Shown in pieces: positions 29,789 to 44,839 of a stretch of 64,000 bases of DNA; the stretch's first letter is position 1, and each line of letters opens with the position of its first letter. Position numbers and translations under genes: made by a program. This DNA comes from the human T2T-CHM13v2.0 reference genome, Homo sapiens: the NCBI RefSeq assembly GCF_009914755.1, contig NC_060930.1, one strand, 5' to 3'. The notes beneath the pieces were generated by a model. The model worked only from the letters and a program-made list of their open reading frames with translations, was not told where the DNA came from and made no database searches.

Positions 29789-31094
29789 ATTTTAAAATAG
29801 GTGTTACATATTTTAAGACACAAAAGACAAATATGACCAATTAACAGAAAATATTTTTTACTGTCTTCTGTATATAAACCTAAATCAAAACATAGAAGCT
29901 CCATGCACAAATAATAATGTAAAGTATTCACTCCCCTGAATTTATCTAGAAAAAGACAAGGTATAGCCCACTGAGAGCCACAGCATCTGCCGAGAATGCC
30001 AACTACACATTGCAAACTTCAGGGGATCATTTCATGGACTAATGCATATTGTATCTACCTCCCTCCCCTAAATTGAGTAATTTGGCATCCATAAGTCTGG
30101 TGTATCTCTGTCTCAGTCGATTACTGTATATCTATATTTGTTCAGAGATGCGTATTCTAAAACATGAAATTGGAGAAGAGAATGAATAGCAGACTCAAAG
30201 ACAGGCACAATGGCAGCAGTAAGACAGAAAGATGCCTGGAAGCAGTGACTGCCAGTGGAGTACAATCTTTAATCAATTGCACTATCGTTTAGCAGATTCC
30301 TTTCCATCACCTTTTAGAAATAATTGGAAAGAAGTGGTCCTTCCCTATTGTCATAGGGAAATTTAGAAAAACAAATTATTCTGTTACATTTCTGTTATAC
30401 TTTAATACCGTATTCAAAGATACACATGAGAGAGAGAAAAAGAGAATAGAAAGAGTGAGAGAAAAAGGGGAGGAATATCAGAGCTGGAGAAAATTAGATA
30501 CCATTAATATTTTAATAAATACTTGTATTTTACTTCATTTTGAAAAAATTATATTTCTTTAAAAATTTGCGTTGGAAAATGCCTATTTTATATGTCTTTT
30601 ATTAGCTTTCAGAAAAGATTTTAAAATTTACTTTATTAAGTATATAAGTTTGTTAAGGTCTGTTAAATTATCAGGCATAACATATTCCTAATGATCAGCC
30701 CTGATTATTTGAGTTGAGTGCTTATCCCCTCTTAAGCCCTATCGCTAAATTGTGGAAGTTAATACAGTTAAAAATACATACTAGTCATCGTATTTCCTAA
30801 GAACATCTCACAGTACAGATAAGTCATATCCCTTTTATCAAAATAATTAAAAATTTAACGCAACATTGTGTCCAATTCTTAAAATAACATAACATAGCAA
30901 TAAAGAGTAATTTAATGGCACCTTTATTTTTATCTGTGCTAAATGTTTCATTATCATAAAATAGAATTACAATATTTATGATACAATATATGATAGTCTA
31001 AGAAAAATGTATGATACAGTCAGTTCCAAATACTAGAATAATTTGAAAGCTATGTGTTATTGGCCATTTAATTTCAAGAAACACTTGTAAACCA

Positions 31095-32140
31095 ATTTCA
31101 ATTCAATTCACAGGCAATTACCAAACGCATATAATGTACTGTCCACTGTATTAGGTTCTAGAGGAATAAAGATAAATAAGATGGTCTGTAGCCATTAGGC
31201 AACACAGTCTTTTGCAATGAGGACACATAAACCGCTAGCTGGCCACTATAAAAGAAGATGAGTGTAAGAAGAGATGCATAAAGGTCTTCAGAAGACATAG
31301 GGGAAATTATTTTTATAAAACATATTTTAGGGAAGAGGTAGTTTTATTATATATGGAATAATTTAGTGTTTTAAAAACTATGTAGTTTTAGCATATGTTT
31401 TGTATGTTACAAAATGAATAATTATACAATTTATAACAAATTCTATATAGTGTTATATGTATGTTATGAAACAGTAACAGTTAAATTTGAATTTAGATAA
31501 AAATATATCATGAAGTATAACTTTTTGATGAAGAGACTGACTCCAGGAGAGAGATGCAAGAAGTGGTAGAATTTCTAGCTCCAATTATTAAGGAATTTTA
31601 AAATAACTTTTTCTGTTTAACAACAACAAAAATGCAGTTAGATAATGTTGAAATATTTCAAACACTGAGGAAGAGATAGTGCTGTTTATGCAGAAAATCA
31701 AGAGAAAAAGGTGGCATGTGTAAACTTCCAAAAAGTAAACTCTGTGTCTTAGAGGACATATAAGAATATGACCAAAGTAAAAATTAAACATAATAATTTA
31801 TTCTACAAAAATTTAAAAATCCTGGGAGAACCTGAATAAATGATAAATTTAATAAGAATGTAGATCTGGAGGAAAATAAATTTATTTGATGTTTAGGCAT
31901 CGGTACAATATTACCCAGAAGCATATCCCTGAGTAACATAGAATGAGAGTATATATGAGAGCTCATTGAATAGAAATATGTAAGAGTCATTAGCTTAGTA
32001 ATAACTAGATTAGATTTTAGGCAAGATAATTGGTACTGTGCTTGCAGAACTGAGTGTAAAAAGAAAGCAGTAGGACACCAGGAAGGATTCATGCCTTACA
32101 TATAACCTTCAATGAATATATCCTTGGAGAAAAAACCATA
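31095..32140 (-). mobile_element. L2 fragments (very old)
   Basis: ttcaattcaattcac...cactgtattaggttctagagg...aaagataaataagatggtc is the antisense L2 3' end. Further purine-rich L2-like text follows. Confidence 0.5.
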
Positions 32141-32530
32141 AGAAGAAAGGGACAGAAAATAGTTAATGGTGTACAAAGCAAGTAAACATTGTAAAACACT
32201 TAACTTTTAGAATTTGACTATGACTCATAGGTATGCATAAAAACACAGCAAAGGAGAATGAAAAGTAAAAATCAAGAGACGGTCATTCTAATTTCATGAA
32301 ATTAGTATAAACCCAAGAGTTAGCTCCTTATAGGGATTTTTGTGAATCTATAAACTCTGTAAACTCATTTTGTGCAAGGCTCCCACCACGTTGTGTGAGA
32401 ATCAAGGGCATAAAGGTAAATTAAATTTCATCATGGCCTCAAACTCCAATCCAGTTATTTAACATGATTGCCCGGTAAAACAACAGTGATCTTTTTTAAC
32501 CCTTAAAGAAAAGCTGCTGTGCAGGGTTAG

Positions 32531-33538
<1,008 letters not shown>

Positions 33539-34513
33539 GAAAAATCATTAATTTTATTCATATTTGATAGTTATCCTAAGGTATTCTCAAGGAAAGCTTA
33601 ACTTTAAACAATTTTTTCTATATCCCCTTTACAACTTAAACCACTCCCTCAAAAGGAGAAGATGAATGTTAAAATTTGGCAATGTCATTGATTCCACTAG
33701 CCATTTCACAGAAGTAGTATGTGACTTCAGGCACTAATATAATCAAATGTAAGACTCAGTAAAATTTGTGGAAAGGCATGTAAATAATCTGAGAATTATC
33801 TCGAGAGTTTCCTAGACGTTTATAAGGAAAATGAAGCCACATATTTTCACCTCGCCCACTGAGTAGTAAGAACTTCTTAGGCATCCCTGAGAAAGAAAAT
33901 TAAGTCATTTAGAGAAGAAATTATTAATAGACTGTGAACAGAATAGAAAAATCAACAAGATGTGTAGTTAACTAGGTGCCATATTTTTGAGCTAAATTCT
34001 TGAGTAAATCTCTGAATAATATCTCTCTATCAAATCATATACTTTCCATTACCATATATACTGAATGTAATTTGTTCAAAATTGAGGCAAAAGACAAAGT
34101 AGCTTTAATGGACTTCAGACTTTGGGGAAAGGGAAAAAAAAACAGGAACCAAAGTAAGATTGGAAGTAGTATTTGATATCTCCATTTATAATCAAAAAAC
34201 CTATCTTCTTAAAGTTGTCATCGCCTCAAAGAGTAAGCAAAACAAAATAATACTAAAAACATCAACAAAACAAAACATAGTCCTGAGTTTTGTAAGTATG
34301 ATTACAACTTACTACTACTACTACTACTACTACCAAACTTACTACTCAGTTTAGCTAAAAGCTATAAACGTTGGCCAATACCATGTGCTAGTGAGCATGT
34401 TCAACAACTGGAAAATGAACATTTCAGAGAGAATGTAAATTTAAGCAATCATTTTGGAACACTGGCATGACCTACTGTAGCCAATCATATGCCAACTCTG
34501 TGACCCAGGAAGA

Positions 34514-35080
34514 TTTTTTCTTCCTCCTCCTCTTCTTCTTCTTCTTCTTCTTCTTCTTCTTCTTCTTCTTCTTCTTCTTCTTCTTCTTTCTTCTTCTTCT
34601 TCTTCTTCTTCTTTCTTCTTCTTCTTCTTCTTCCTTCTTCTTCCTCTTCTTCCTCTTCTTCTTTCTTCTTCTTCTTCTTCTTCTTGTTCTTCTTCTTCTT
34701 CTTTCTTCTTCTTCCTCTTCTTCCTCTTCTTCCTCTTCCTCTTCCTCTTCTTCTTCCTCTTCTTCTTTTCTTCTTCCTTCTTCCTCTTCTTCCTCTTCTT
34801 CTCCTTCTTTCTTCTTCTTCTTCCTCTTCTTCCTCTTCTTCCTCTTCCTCTTCCTCTCCTTCTCCTTCTTCTCCTTCTTCTCCTTCTCCTCCTTCTCCTC
34901 CTTCTCCTCCTTCTCCTCCTTCTTCTTCTTTCTTCTTCTTCTTCTTTCTTCCTCTTCTTCCTCTCCTTCTTCTCCTTCTCCTCCTTCTCCTCCTTCTCCT
35001 CCTTCTCCTCCTTCTCCTTCTTCTCCTTCTTTTCCTTCTCCTTCTCCCCCTCCTCCTCCTCCTCCTCTTCTTCTTCTTCT

Positions 35081-35127
<47 letters not shown>

Positions 35128-35151
35128 TTCTTCTTCTTCTCATTCTTATTC
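34514..35151 (+). repeat. ~640-bp (TTC)n/(TCC)n polypyrimidine tract (GAA/GGA on minus)
   Basis: Directly visible; almost purely C/T; about 19 uninterrupted TCT units at 34531-34587. Confidence 0.98.
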
Positions 35152-35436
35152 TTTGATACAGAGTCTCATTCTGTCACTCAGGCTGGAGTGCAATGGTGCA
35201 ATCTTGGCTCACGGCAACTTTTGCCCCCTGGGTTCAAGCGATTCTCCTGCCTCAGGTTCCCAAGTAGCTGGGATTATAGGCACGTGCCACCAAGCCTGGC
35301 TAATTTTTGTATTTTTAATAGAGACAGGATTTCACCATGTTGTCCAGGCTGGTCTCGAACTCCTGACCTCAAGTAATCTGACTGCCTTGACCTCCCAAAG
35401 TGCTGGGATTACAGGCATGAGCCACTGCACCTGACC
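35152..35436 (-). mobile_element. AluS (Sx/Sz-like) whose A-tail position is occupied by the GAA/GGA tract
   Basis: Antisense Alu body directly abuts the tract. Confidence 0.94.
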
Positions 35437-38400
35437 TATACTTCTTCTTTATACCTGATAGAATGAATACATTTTAATCAAAAGACATATATATATATGT
35501 ACATGTATATACATACAGAGAAAATATTCATAGTAGTAGTAGTCATAATAGCAAGAATCTAGAGACAAACATCAAACAACCATAAATGAATAAATTAAAC
35601 ATCTGTATTCATAAAATTGAATAATATGTAGCAATTAGGATGAAAACTATTGCTCCATAAATAAGAATATCCCAAACATAATTTAAGGAAAAACAATCCA
35701 AAATTGAAAAATACATATGGTTGGTTTTATTTATATAGAATTTAAAACCTGTTAAAACATATCTGTACATTAGAAATCAGAACTCTGCCTATGTTTCAAG
35801 TGTAAAATCAGAGAAAGACACAGGAAATACTTCAGGGACTTTGGCAATATTCTATTTCTTGATCCATGTTCTTTTTACAAAATGGGTTCAATTTGTGAGA
35901 AGATATCAGGTTGTAAACTATTATCTGTGCTTTCTTGTGCATATTTTATTTCTAATAAAAAGGGCTTTTTAAGAAGGGGCAAGACAATTATATCCCATAT
36001 TACCACTTATTTTCAAATGAAAATTCAAGTTTCTATGCAATAAATAAATATATACCTAAAAGCCTGGTAGAAAATTAATAAATCATTCATGATTTGTAAT
36101 ATAATTTTCTATATAGGAGTGAAGTATTCTACAGAAATATTTATAGAGTTCTAAAAATTAATAAAATTTTCATAAGACCAATATGCAAAAGGGAATTGTA
36201 CTTGCATTCAGCTGTAAGTTGGGCAATAATAGAATTCATATCCTCTGTTATCCAACTCTCAGAGAAAACGGTTCTTTCTTTACTGATGCCTTGAGATGTA
36301 TAGTTTCACATATTTTGCCAATTGTTATTATTATAGTTTTAGTTTATTTAAGGATTGAAGATAAATTTGGTCCCTGTTACTCTGTTTCAAGTGGAAGCAG
36401 AAGTATTCATTTTATTTTTATACTTGGACATTTCATTCATTGTGTGCCCCTGTTATTAGTTTGCAAATTTAAAGATGTCAATGGCCCCATTTCTCTTAAT
36501 CCTTGAGAGTTAAAAATAGCCCAGCTCTGTCTTTGGCCCACTGAAGTAATTGAGTCAATATATTTAGAATTGAATTGAATTATCTGAACAAATGAATGAA
36601 TGAGTAAACTAATCCTTCAATCAAAACATATCCGTCAATGCAAATAGTTTATTTCCAGCTTGTCCTATTGGCCCTTACTACCTGTATGCCACGTAGCTAA
36701 TCACACTTTCTCTGCCTGGAGTGCCTTCTTCACTATCCTAATAGTTTTTGTCTGATTACACCACAGTCTTTTCTCATCTTTTCAACTCATTTAGCAATTG
36801 TTAACTCAATTGTTTGGGCTTGGCTGATACTTTGCGTTTATTCTTTTATGGTTACATCATCTTTTCCTAATTATACAGCAAATTCTCAGGACTAGCTTCC
36901 ATATTATACTCTTTATATCCTTAGTTTATTTATTTTCTGCTCAAAATTACGTTGATTTCACAAGTGTCAAAGGGACAGAGAAACTTACGTGAGTCGGCAG
37001 TTCAGAGAGAAAAAACTTAATGGATTCCCAAATTATTGGATTCAACTTAATATTTTTATTAGGAATTGGTAACTTATATATTTTTAAATTTTGATTTGAA
37101 GAGAAGAAGTTGAGATAGGGAGAGACACTCTCTAAAGTGGGACACACTTTAGAGAGACAAATGGGCTGGCTTGAAATTCCTGTTTCCAGAACTGCAATCA
37201 TGAATGGCAGTGTTGTGACAGAAGCTGGAAACCAGAGACTAGACTTTTCATTTTTTCTTCCAAGGCTTAATGTTTGATTAATTTTCTTAAAAAAGACTCA
37301 GTCAAGCTGAATGAAAATAATAAACTACTGCTAATTAGACACACCATTGGATTCGAATTTCTTACATACTGATCTACTCTCAAAGAGGGAGACATTTACT
37401 AGTTGTAGAGGAGTAATATTACAACATTTTACTCCAATGAGGAAATCATATTTAGATACTTTTCCCAATGTGAAAGAAAGCCTTTTTTAAGTAAAAGGAA
37501 TTAGAAAACAGAGACAACTGACCGAGAGCACAAAATTCACAGAGCAGATGGTATGTTGTAGGAGCACCTTTCACATAGAGAGAAGTGCCATTTTTATGTG
37601 ATACTTTAAAAAGTGGTGGGCTTTTTCAGTTTATTTTGGTGGAAAATAAAGTTTCCTTATGATTCAGGTTTACTTTTGATGATACACAAAAGTTAAAGTT
37701 TCTCTAAAACCTGTAATAATCCATGATAAAAAAATACTAATATCCTTGCCTCAAAGAAAGATCAGAAATTAAGAATTCAGCCGTGATTAGAAGTAGGAAA
37801 AATGGTCTGATAATATTGGCAAGAATTTTCCATATTTCCAAGAAAATGAGAATTATTAATTTACATCATATTCCAATTAATATTTACACATTAACATATT
37901 TAATCACTAATTTACAAAATACTTAAATTCTAGTAGCTGTCAAGTTATATAGAAACATTATACACAATCTCTACCCAAGCATATTGTCCAATGAAGAGAA
38001 GTAATAAAAAAATCACAAATAAATCTAGTTGGGAAAAACAAATTAAAGAAGATACGTAATGCAGTGCATTATGCTCAGGCAGTTTACTGAAGGTAACTTT
38101 GGTGGCTGAAAGATTGTCATGGTGGACAAAGTCCTTACCGCTTTAATTTTTCATGATTCTGAAATAATTCTAAAAGCTTTTTCTCTGTGTGAAAAATAAA
38201 ATTAAAAGAGGATGAGAAAAGACAATGTAGATGAATAGTCGACCCATCTTGGATGTCCATTCAGTAGTACTCTAAAATAAGAAGTTAAAACTCTCTCACA
38301 TGAGTATCTTTGATCTGTTCTTTTCTAGTGAAAAGAATATGCTTTTTGAAAAGCTAGAAGAGTGGTTCTCAACTTCACATATAATTATTATACAGTCCAA

Positions 38401-38553
38401 GTATATATTTTTTGAGCAAACCAGGTAAGACTGATATGAAGCCAGGGTAAAGAATTACTGATTATATGAATACAAAACAACTATCTTTTCTTCTCTCCAT
38501 ATTAAATCTTTGCTATTTTTTCAGTAAGTTTAATTACAAACAGCATTTATGGA

Positions 38554-39097
38554 GCAATGCTGAACAATAGAAATACATTAAAAGACACATGTAATTTCAA
38601 ATTTTCTGCTAGTCAGGTGAAATATGTAAAGAGAATTAGGTAAAATTAGTTTTACTAAAATATTTAACTTAATATGTCCTAAATATTACAATTTCAAATG
38701 TAACTAACACAAAAATTTTAAAATAAAATGGTTACATTTATTTTTCTACCAAATTTTAAAATTTTGACATATTAAACATGTAGTATATATCTCAAATTAG
38801 GCAATAAAATTTCTAAAGTGCTGGATCTTTGTTTTATAAAATTTATGATGAAAACATTAAATTCACATAAACAATTTGTTTTAAGCCTACTTACCTTTTA
38901 TACAAATACTTCATCAAACATTTCATCAGTTTTTATATTGATTATATTTTAAAGTAAAATTACTAGTTTTTAAATTTAAATTTTAAGTTATATTAACCAA
39001 CTAAATAAAACAAAAACTCAGTACTTCAGTTACACCATCCACAGTTCTTTAGTTTAGTAGCACATGAGGCTAGTGGTTACCACACTAAAGAGTACAG
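38554..39097 (+). mobile_element. hAT-Charlie MITE (MER33/MER119/Charlie5 group)
   Basis: caatgctgaacaatagaaata...gtaatttcaaattttct start and cacatgaggctagtggttacc...acag end match MER33/MER3-type termini. Confidence 0.7.
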
Positions 39098-39164
39098 GTT
39101 TAGAAAATCAACTATATTTTGATGCATCATGAAAAAAATTTCAAATTCCTGTAAACATTTTTCA

Positions 39165-39295
39165 CTATAAGTAGTATTATTCCTATTTTACACAAAAAGT
39201 TGACTCAAAAGACATTTGGAACTAACTCATAGTCATACATTAATATATATACAGTTCAAATTCAAACCCAGCTCTTACTCTGATGCCTGCTCTCT
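39165..39295 (-). mobile_element. MIR fragment
   Basis: tattattcctattttacac...agtcatac...attcaaacccag antisense MIR core. Confidence 0.55.
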
Positions 39296-40964
39296 TTCCC
39301 TTACAATATTTCTCTTTCTATACACTAGTTGTCTTTACATTACATTATTTCAGTATCCATTACATTACTGTCTTCTTCAGAAAATGTAAAACAGACTTAA
39401 GATACTGAATAGAAATCAAACCATTAAAACACGAAGGGACTTGCTGACAGGGGAGGGGTCAATATATATTTTTAAGTACTTAAACTTTATACTTCAGTAA
39501 AAAAACAAAAAATAGCAAATATTAATTAAAACTGCTGTTTGTCACATTTGTCTGACAAAGAAATCATACTTGCTTAATTTTTTATGCAATATAATATTTT
39601 TAAAACGAAAGAAATTGTCTGTATTGTTACTAAGTTTCTTAGAAAAAAAGAATTTTTACAACTAAAACTTAAGAAGAACTTGCTTATAAATTATGCCAAG
39701 CAATGGCCTATAAAACTAATTTTTATTTCTCTGTTTTCCTGACACTTTTGTTTAATCTTAGAATTTGGTTTCTTTTGCTTTCCTAAAGCCTTCTTTTTTA
39801 ATGATAACCAAGTAGAACAACATTAATAAAGTTTATTTACAGAGTAGATTGTTCAATGCATGTCCTTGGCATTTTGCTAGAGGTTAGCTTTGACTCAGTT
39901 GGGATATGAGTGTACTTTATAGTTATATTTTAGGGTTCTGATAAATAAAATATAAGTATTTCATTTACACTTTAGTATGGCTTCTGTTGTCTGCCTGCAT
40001 TCTCTTTACTCTTTTGCTTTCTTAAAAAATCTTACTTTCTAAATCATCAGAAGGTGTGCTGCCCCAAATCAGAGCTATGTACAGCTGTGAGCTTGAGTCA
40101 TAGTCTGTAGGTTATCACTGTTTTTGCTGACTGCACCAATTATATCTTCAGAGCAAAGGCAGTTGTACGACTGTGGGAATAAGAACTTACTCCATATTCT
40201 CTAATTTTTTAGTCAAGTTGTTTTAAAAAGAAAAGTCATAAAGGGATTAGCCTTTCCCTTCCGTTATTGTCATGACTTAGTGGCTTTGAAATCAGTTTTC
40301 AAGATCAAATAGAGACTTGGAGAAAATTTTGTCTCTACCTCAACATAATAACTATGGCGGGGCGTTAATATGCTTTTGGAGGAAAGATTTCATCTTAAAA
40401 CTGAGATTCTTCTGTTGAGTGACTGGCATTTCACAGGAAAAGTTTTTTGCACAATTTAATACTTTTATATATTTCTCTCAAAGAGCTCTTTTGGTGTGAA
40501 AAAATGTAAATGAGGTTTATATTTGTATAGTGCATGTTATGTTCTTGTTGCATTTAAATGTCCTGATATCCTACCCAAAGATTTCAATGTCCTGTTTTAA
40601 AACAATTATTTTTCCAGAACATACTTACAAGTGGACCACTTTGTCGTAAAAACTGTGTAGCTTTACGTTATCTTACATTATCTCCTGTCAGAATATACCC
40701 TCAACACAAGCTTTGTAGGAGTTTGTCTTCCTGAAAGAGAGTAAAAACCCAGTGGGAATTTCAATTATATTTAATATATTATTTAAAAGTAGATTACTCT
40801 CATAGTTTCTGATTTCAAAACAGTAAAAGTTTATACATAGTTTAAAAATAATTATGATGTTTAAGAAATAATATTGATATCCTTATTTTCTCTTTTGAAC
40901 TATTGTTTTCTCCAATATTTTTGTGCCCATCTCAGGAGCTAAGACAATTCTGCTGAAAAAGCAG

Positions 40965-41130
40965 TATCATTCATAAGATGGTTAGAGTTCTGGGTTTGAA
41001 TCTAACTCAACTCATATATTTAGGAGTTTTGTAGTCTTGGGCAAGCTACCTAACTGCTGGATGTCTGGGTGTCCTAAGGACAGTCAGTGATTTTAAGAAA
41101 CATTAAATGGACATAGATTACGGGAGAACA
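40965..41130 (+). mobile_element. MIR fragment
   Basis: ctgggtttgaatct...tcttgggcaagctacctaac MIR core. Confidence 0.6.
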
Positions 41131-43184
41131 AATGTATGATAAATGTCCTATCCTGAAGGAAGATTATCAACATCTATTAGGTGGAAAAACTCTGCGAATG
41201 CCAATTGAGTATGTGTGCGTGTGTGTTTATTAGGAAGAGGTAATGTAAATTAAATGCTGAAATTGTTGAAGGTAGAAAATAGAGAACAATAAGTTCCTAC
41301 TGAATTTACCAAATGAATAAAATTAATAATCATTTCTTTTAAATATATTCTAAAATATCTAACATCATCAAATCCAAATGCTATCTAATTTAACTCATAG
41401 GATCTTTGACATTTTAGAGCTGAAGGAAATTAATGATATCATTAAAACTACTGCTGCAATTTAAAATCTATTGGTCTTAGTTATTTTTAGGTTTCTATTT
41501 ATTAAGAAACTGCTACAGATGGGCATAATTTCTTCAGCAGCATCAATTAATTTTGATTAACTAACCAACATGCCATTTTATTTTGCGATTTAAATGCCAT
41601 ATGATTAAAGACAATGATTTATTAACTTACCTAGTTATTCAGTAGCCTTCATTGGAATCTTCAAATAATAACTGGCTAGACGTGTGTAAAATTAAACTGC
41701 TGTTTCACTGCAAAATTAATGTAATCTGAATTTACCCTTTTATGCAGAACTTTTCAAAATAGTTTTTTATTTACCTTCCTCTTTGAAAATAAATACATTT
41801 GCTTTCTCTTCCTTTATATTCAAAACAATAGGTACATTTAATTTAATTACATTTAATTGAATTACATTTCTTTTGTTTGTTGGTAATTAGAAGTAGTTCA
41901 CAACATGTTGATATTCAAATCTGAACTGATTCTGTCATAAAAGTTAAATTAAAACATTTGAGTAAAAGTACATTAGTTACATGCAATTTTCCTTTTTAAA
42001 AAGATATTATGTAGAAACTTCATTATATAAAGAACCAACTAAACATAAATGTAGAATAAAAGGATCCTACTTTTGCAGCTTTAATAATTCCTCACAAAAT
42101 CATATGTGATGTGCATTTGCCATGAAAACAGCATGATAAATATAGAGGTAAAAGTAAAAGAAGGTTAACTTTTTTGATATAATTCCATGAGCAATATTTG
42201 TCACCCCAACATTTACATGTTACAAAATATGATTATATAATTTATAGTTTACAAAATGCATTTTTAATGCTATCATATTATGTCATAAAAAGCAAATGAA
42301 AAAACTCTAGGCGGTGGAACAAACAGCAAGAAAATGGAGCTCACAGCTGTTGACTGAATTGCCATGGGCTAAAAAACAAAGCAAACAAACAAACAAGAAC
42401 ACCACCATCTACCCTGCCAGAGAGTCAATCATTCATAGTGCAGAAGTTTGGGATTGTTTATATAGACAAAGTTTAGGGAAGTTTAATAGAATTTCAACAT
42501 TGTTCTATGTAAGAGTTTTGTGTTTTGAGGGTTTCAACAGGTTTTAAATTTGATTTATTTTAGCAGGATCATTAGTAATATTTATATAAACTTCCCTTTG
42601 GAAAGGTTCTTTTACTTCTAAGACATTTTTTCCTAATGGGATATATTTCATTGAGTAAAAAGAAATAAAAAACAACTACAAGAACATCTATGTTCATAAT
42701 TCCTGATTAAGAAAGATAAAACCATACATATTTAATATTCTGGTTATTACATCTATTTTATTGATTACATAAATAAATATTGTTAAATAAAATTTAAGAC
42801 ACGTTCTTCTGCGTGACACTACATTTAAGCCAGGCATCCATTTTCACAGCATATATATATTTTTTTATTAAAATCATAAGATGTAAGTAAATGTACATAA
42901 AAATAGAGGTTAAAGAGTAAAATAAGACCAAAAATAAGGCTGCCAGGAGAGTGAAATTCTAACTTGAATTGGTTATTGAGCTTATTTTATTTTCAATTAA
43001 CAATAAACATTATCTTCTACACTCAATTAGCAGCATAATCACCAATACAGAATACTTTACTTGTCTGTTAGTCAATACATACAGGCCCTAGAAGAGAAAT
43101 GCAAAATTAACATAACCCAGGATTTATTATGTCGTTTGAAATACTGAAATAGACTTACCTTCCTTTCAGGGGGAAGCTTTAAGT

Positions 43185-43355
43185 CCCTTTTTTAATCATT
43201 TTTTAATATAGATGCCACTCTGAGACTCTGGTGAAATATATGGACCTGCTCTCCAGATAAATGCTATCTATGCTGAGCAAACCCTACTTCATTTGCATAC
43301 AGTTGCAGGGGGTATTTTTGTAATGCCTGAAAATCATTTAAGTCTGTAAGTACTC
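43185..43355 (+). mobile_element. MER117-like hAT MITE
   Basis: ctctgagactctggtgaaatatatggacc...ctccagataaatgc...tttgcatacagttgcagggggt. Confidence 0.55.
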
Positions 43356-44839
43356 AATATGAGTGAGTGAAAAGAAGAAAATGCCATATCCATATTCACA
43401 ACTACAAAATTATAGAAATGTCAAAAATAAGAGCCTATGAAATGTTCAAATTGCTTTGTCTGGCTGTTCTTCTCTTGGAATTTTCAAAATACTCAGGGAG
43501 TTCTCAGTGTTCTCTAACTTTACTCTCATGAGCCTTGCGGTGTTCTATGGCTCTGGAAGTTGACTCCAAACCTTTTAGTGAATAGAGGTCTTCCCAATAC
43601 CCATTCCTAGTGAGTCTTGTCTCGGTCAGCAGGAAAGCTTCCAGCCAGTTCATGGAAGAACAGGTATTCTTGCTACTTGCATTAAGTATTGGCTGAAGCA
43701 GAGCTTGATTAAAACTTTGTCCCTGCATTGACAATGTAGCTGTATTCTTTCTAAGAGGACAAATTGATACAGAAAAATTCACTCTGGTTCTCTGAATTTA
43801 GACAGGCAGGTGGGCATTAACATCTCACTCAAATTAACACAAAATGCACTTTTCACAAACTATGTCAAATGTTACAGTTGTAATTCTTTTAAAAGCCTGT
43901 ACAATCGAATACTGTTTCTACTTCTGTAAACTACCTCTAGGAAAGCTGAGTGAGATGAAAAACAATGCTTCAGTGAACAATTTATGCATATTCAAGCTGT
44001 GGAAATCTATGTATGAATATCAATTATTTTTGCAAATGTTGAAGTGGTATTTTCAAATCAGTTCACCCTTAAGTTCCTAATCTTTTTACCCTTAATGCCA
44101 TGCATTGATCAAGTATGTAACCCAAGAAATATTTTTCTACCTTCAAAATGAAGGTACAAAAAATTTACACTGTTGCTTACACACATGGATTTAATAAGAA
44201 GTAATTTTTAGTAATCAAAAAAGTAAATGTGAAATATGTGAATTGCTGGACTGTATTTCACTTAATCATTGAAGCATAGATTGCATCTAGTAAAAATTTA
44301 GAAAAACAAACTTTTTCATGAGAAATTATGCTTTGACAATAGGCTAATTGGAGTTTCTCATCAGTGGACAATCACTAAGACACAGACTGATAGAACGTAT
44401 TGTGTAACCATCCACAGATGTGCCATTCTTTTTGACAAATGCGTTGAAGAAGGTAATACAAAATATAATATTTACACTATTTCTAATTTCACAGCATTTG
44501 TGAAATAATAATGTATTCTAAAATAACTGACAGAAATTTCTACATAAGCAATCTATCAGTTTCCGGCAAGACTTCTATAATCCTGACATGCAAATATGAA
44601 TAGGAGAGAAATATTAAAAATAAAAGTTGCATATACATTTTGAACAAAATAAACATGCATAACATAATTTTGCAATATTAAGAAGCTAGTTAAAGCTTTT
44701 GTTTTTAAAAGCAGTGTTGTCACTAAGGTTTCACTCATTAAGTTTGTTATCTATACAATATTTTCTGTCATTAAGATGAAAAAAGAAAAGATAGATATTG
44801 TACACTCACACAAATCTCTGTTCCTTGAATTATCACTAA

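Larger units (their letters stand above)
34350..35960 (+). mobile_element. L1ME-like 3' fragment interrupted by Alu plus TTC/TCC tract
   Basis: caacaactggaa...gagaatgtaaat...gtgacccagg before the tract; atattcatag...cataatagc and decayed 3' UTR ending aataaaa after the Alu. Confidence 0.6.

Noticed and set aside
34467-35376. Three 220-230 aa ORFs (poly-F/L/S/P and poly-R/K/E)
   Set aside because: Stop-free translations of the TTC/TCC tract plus Alu; no coding evidence.
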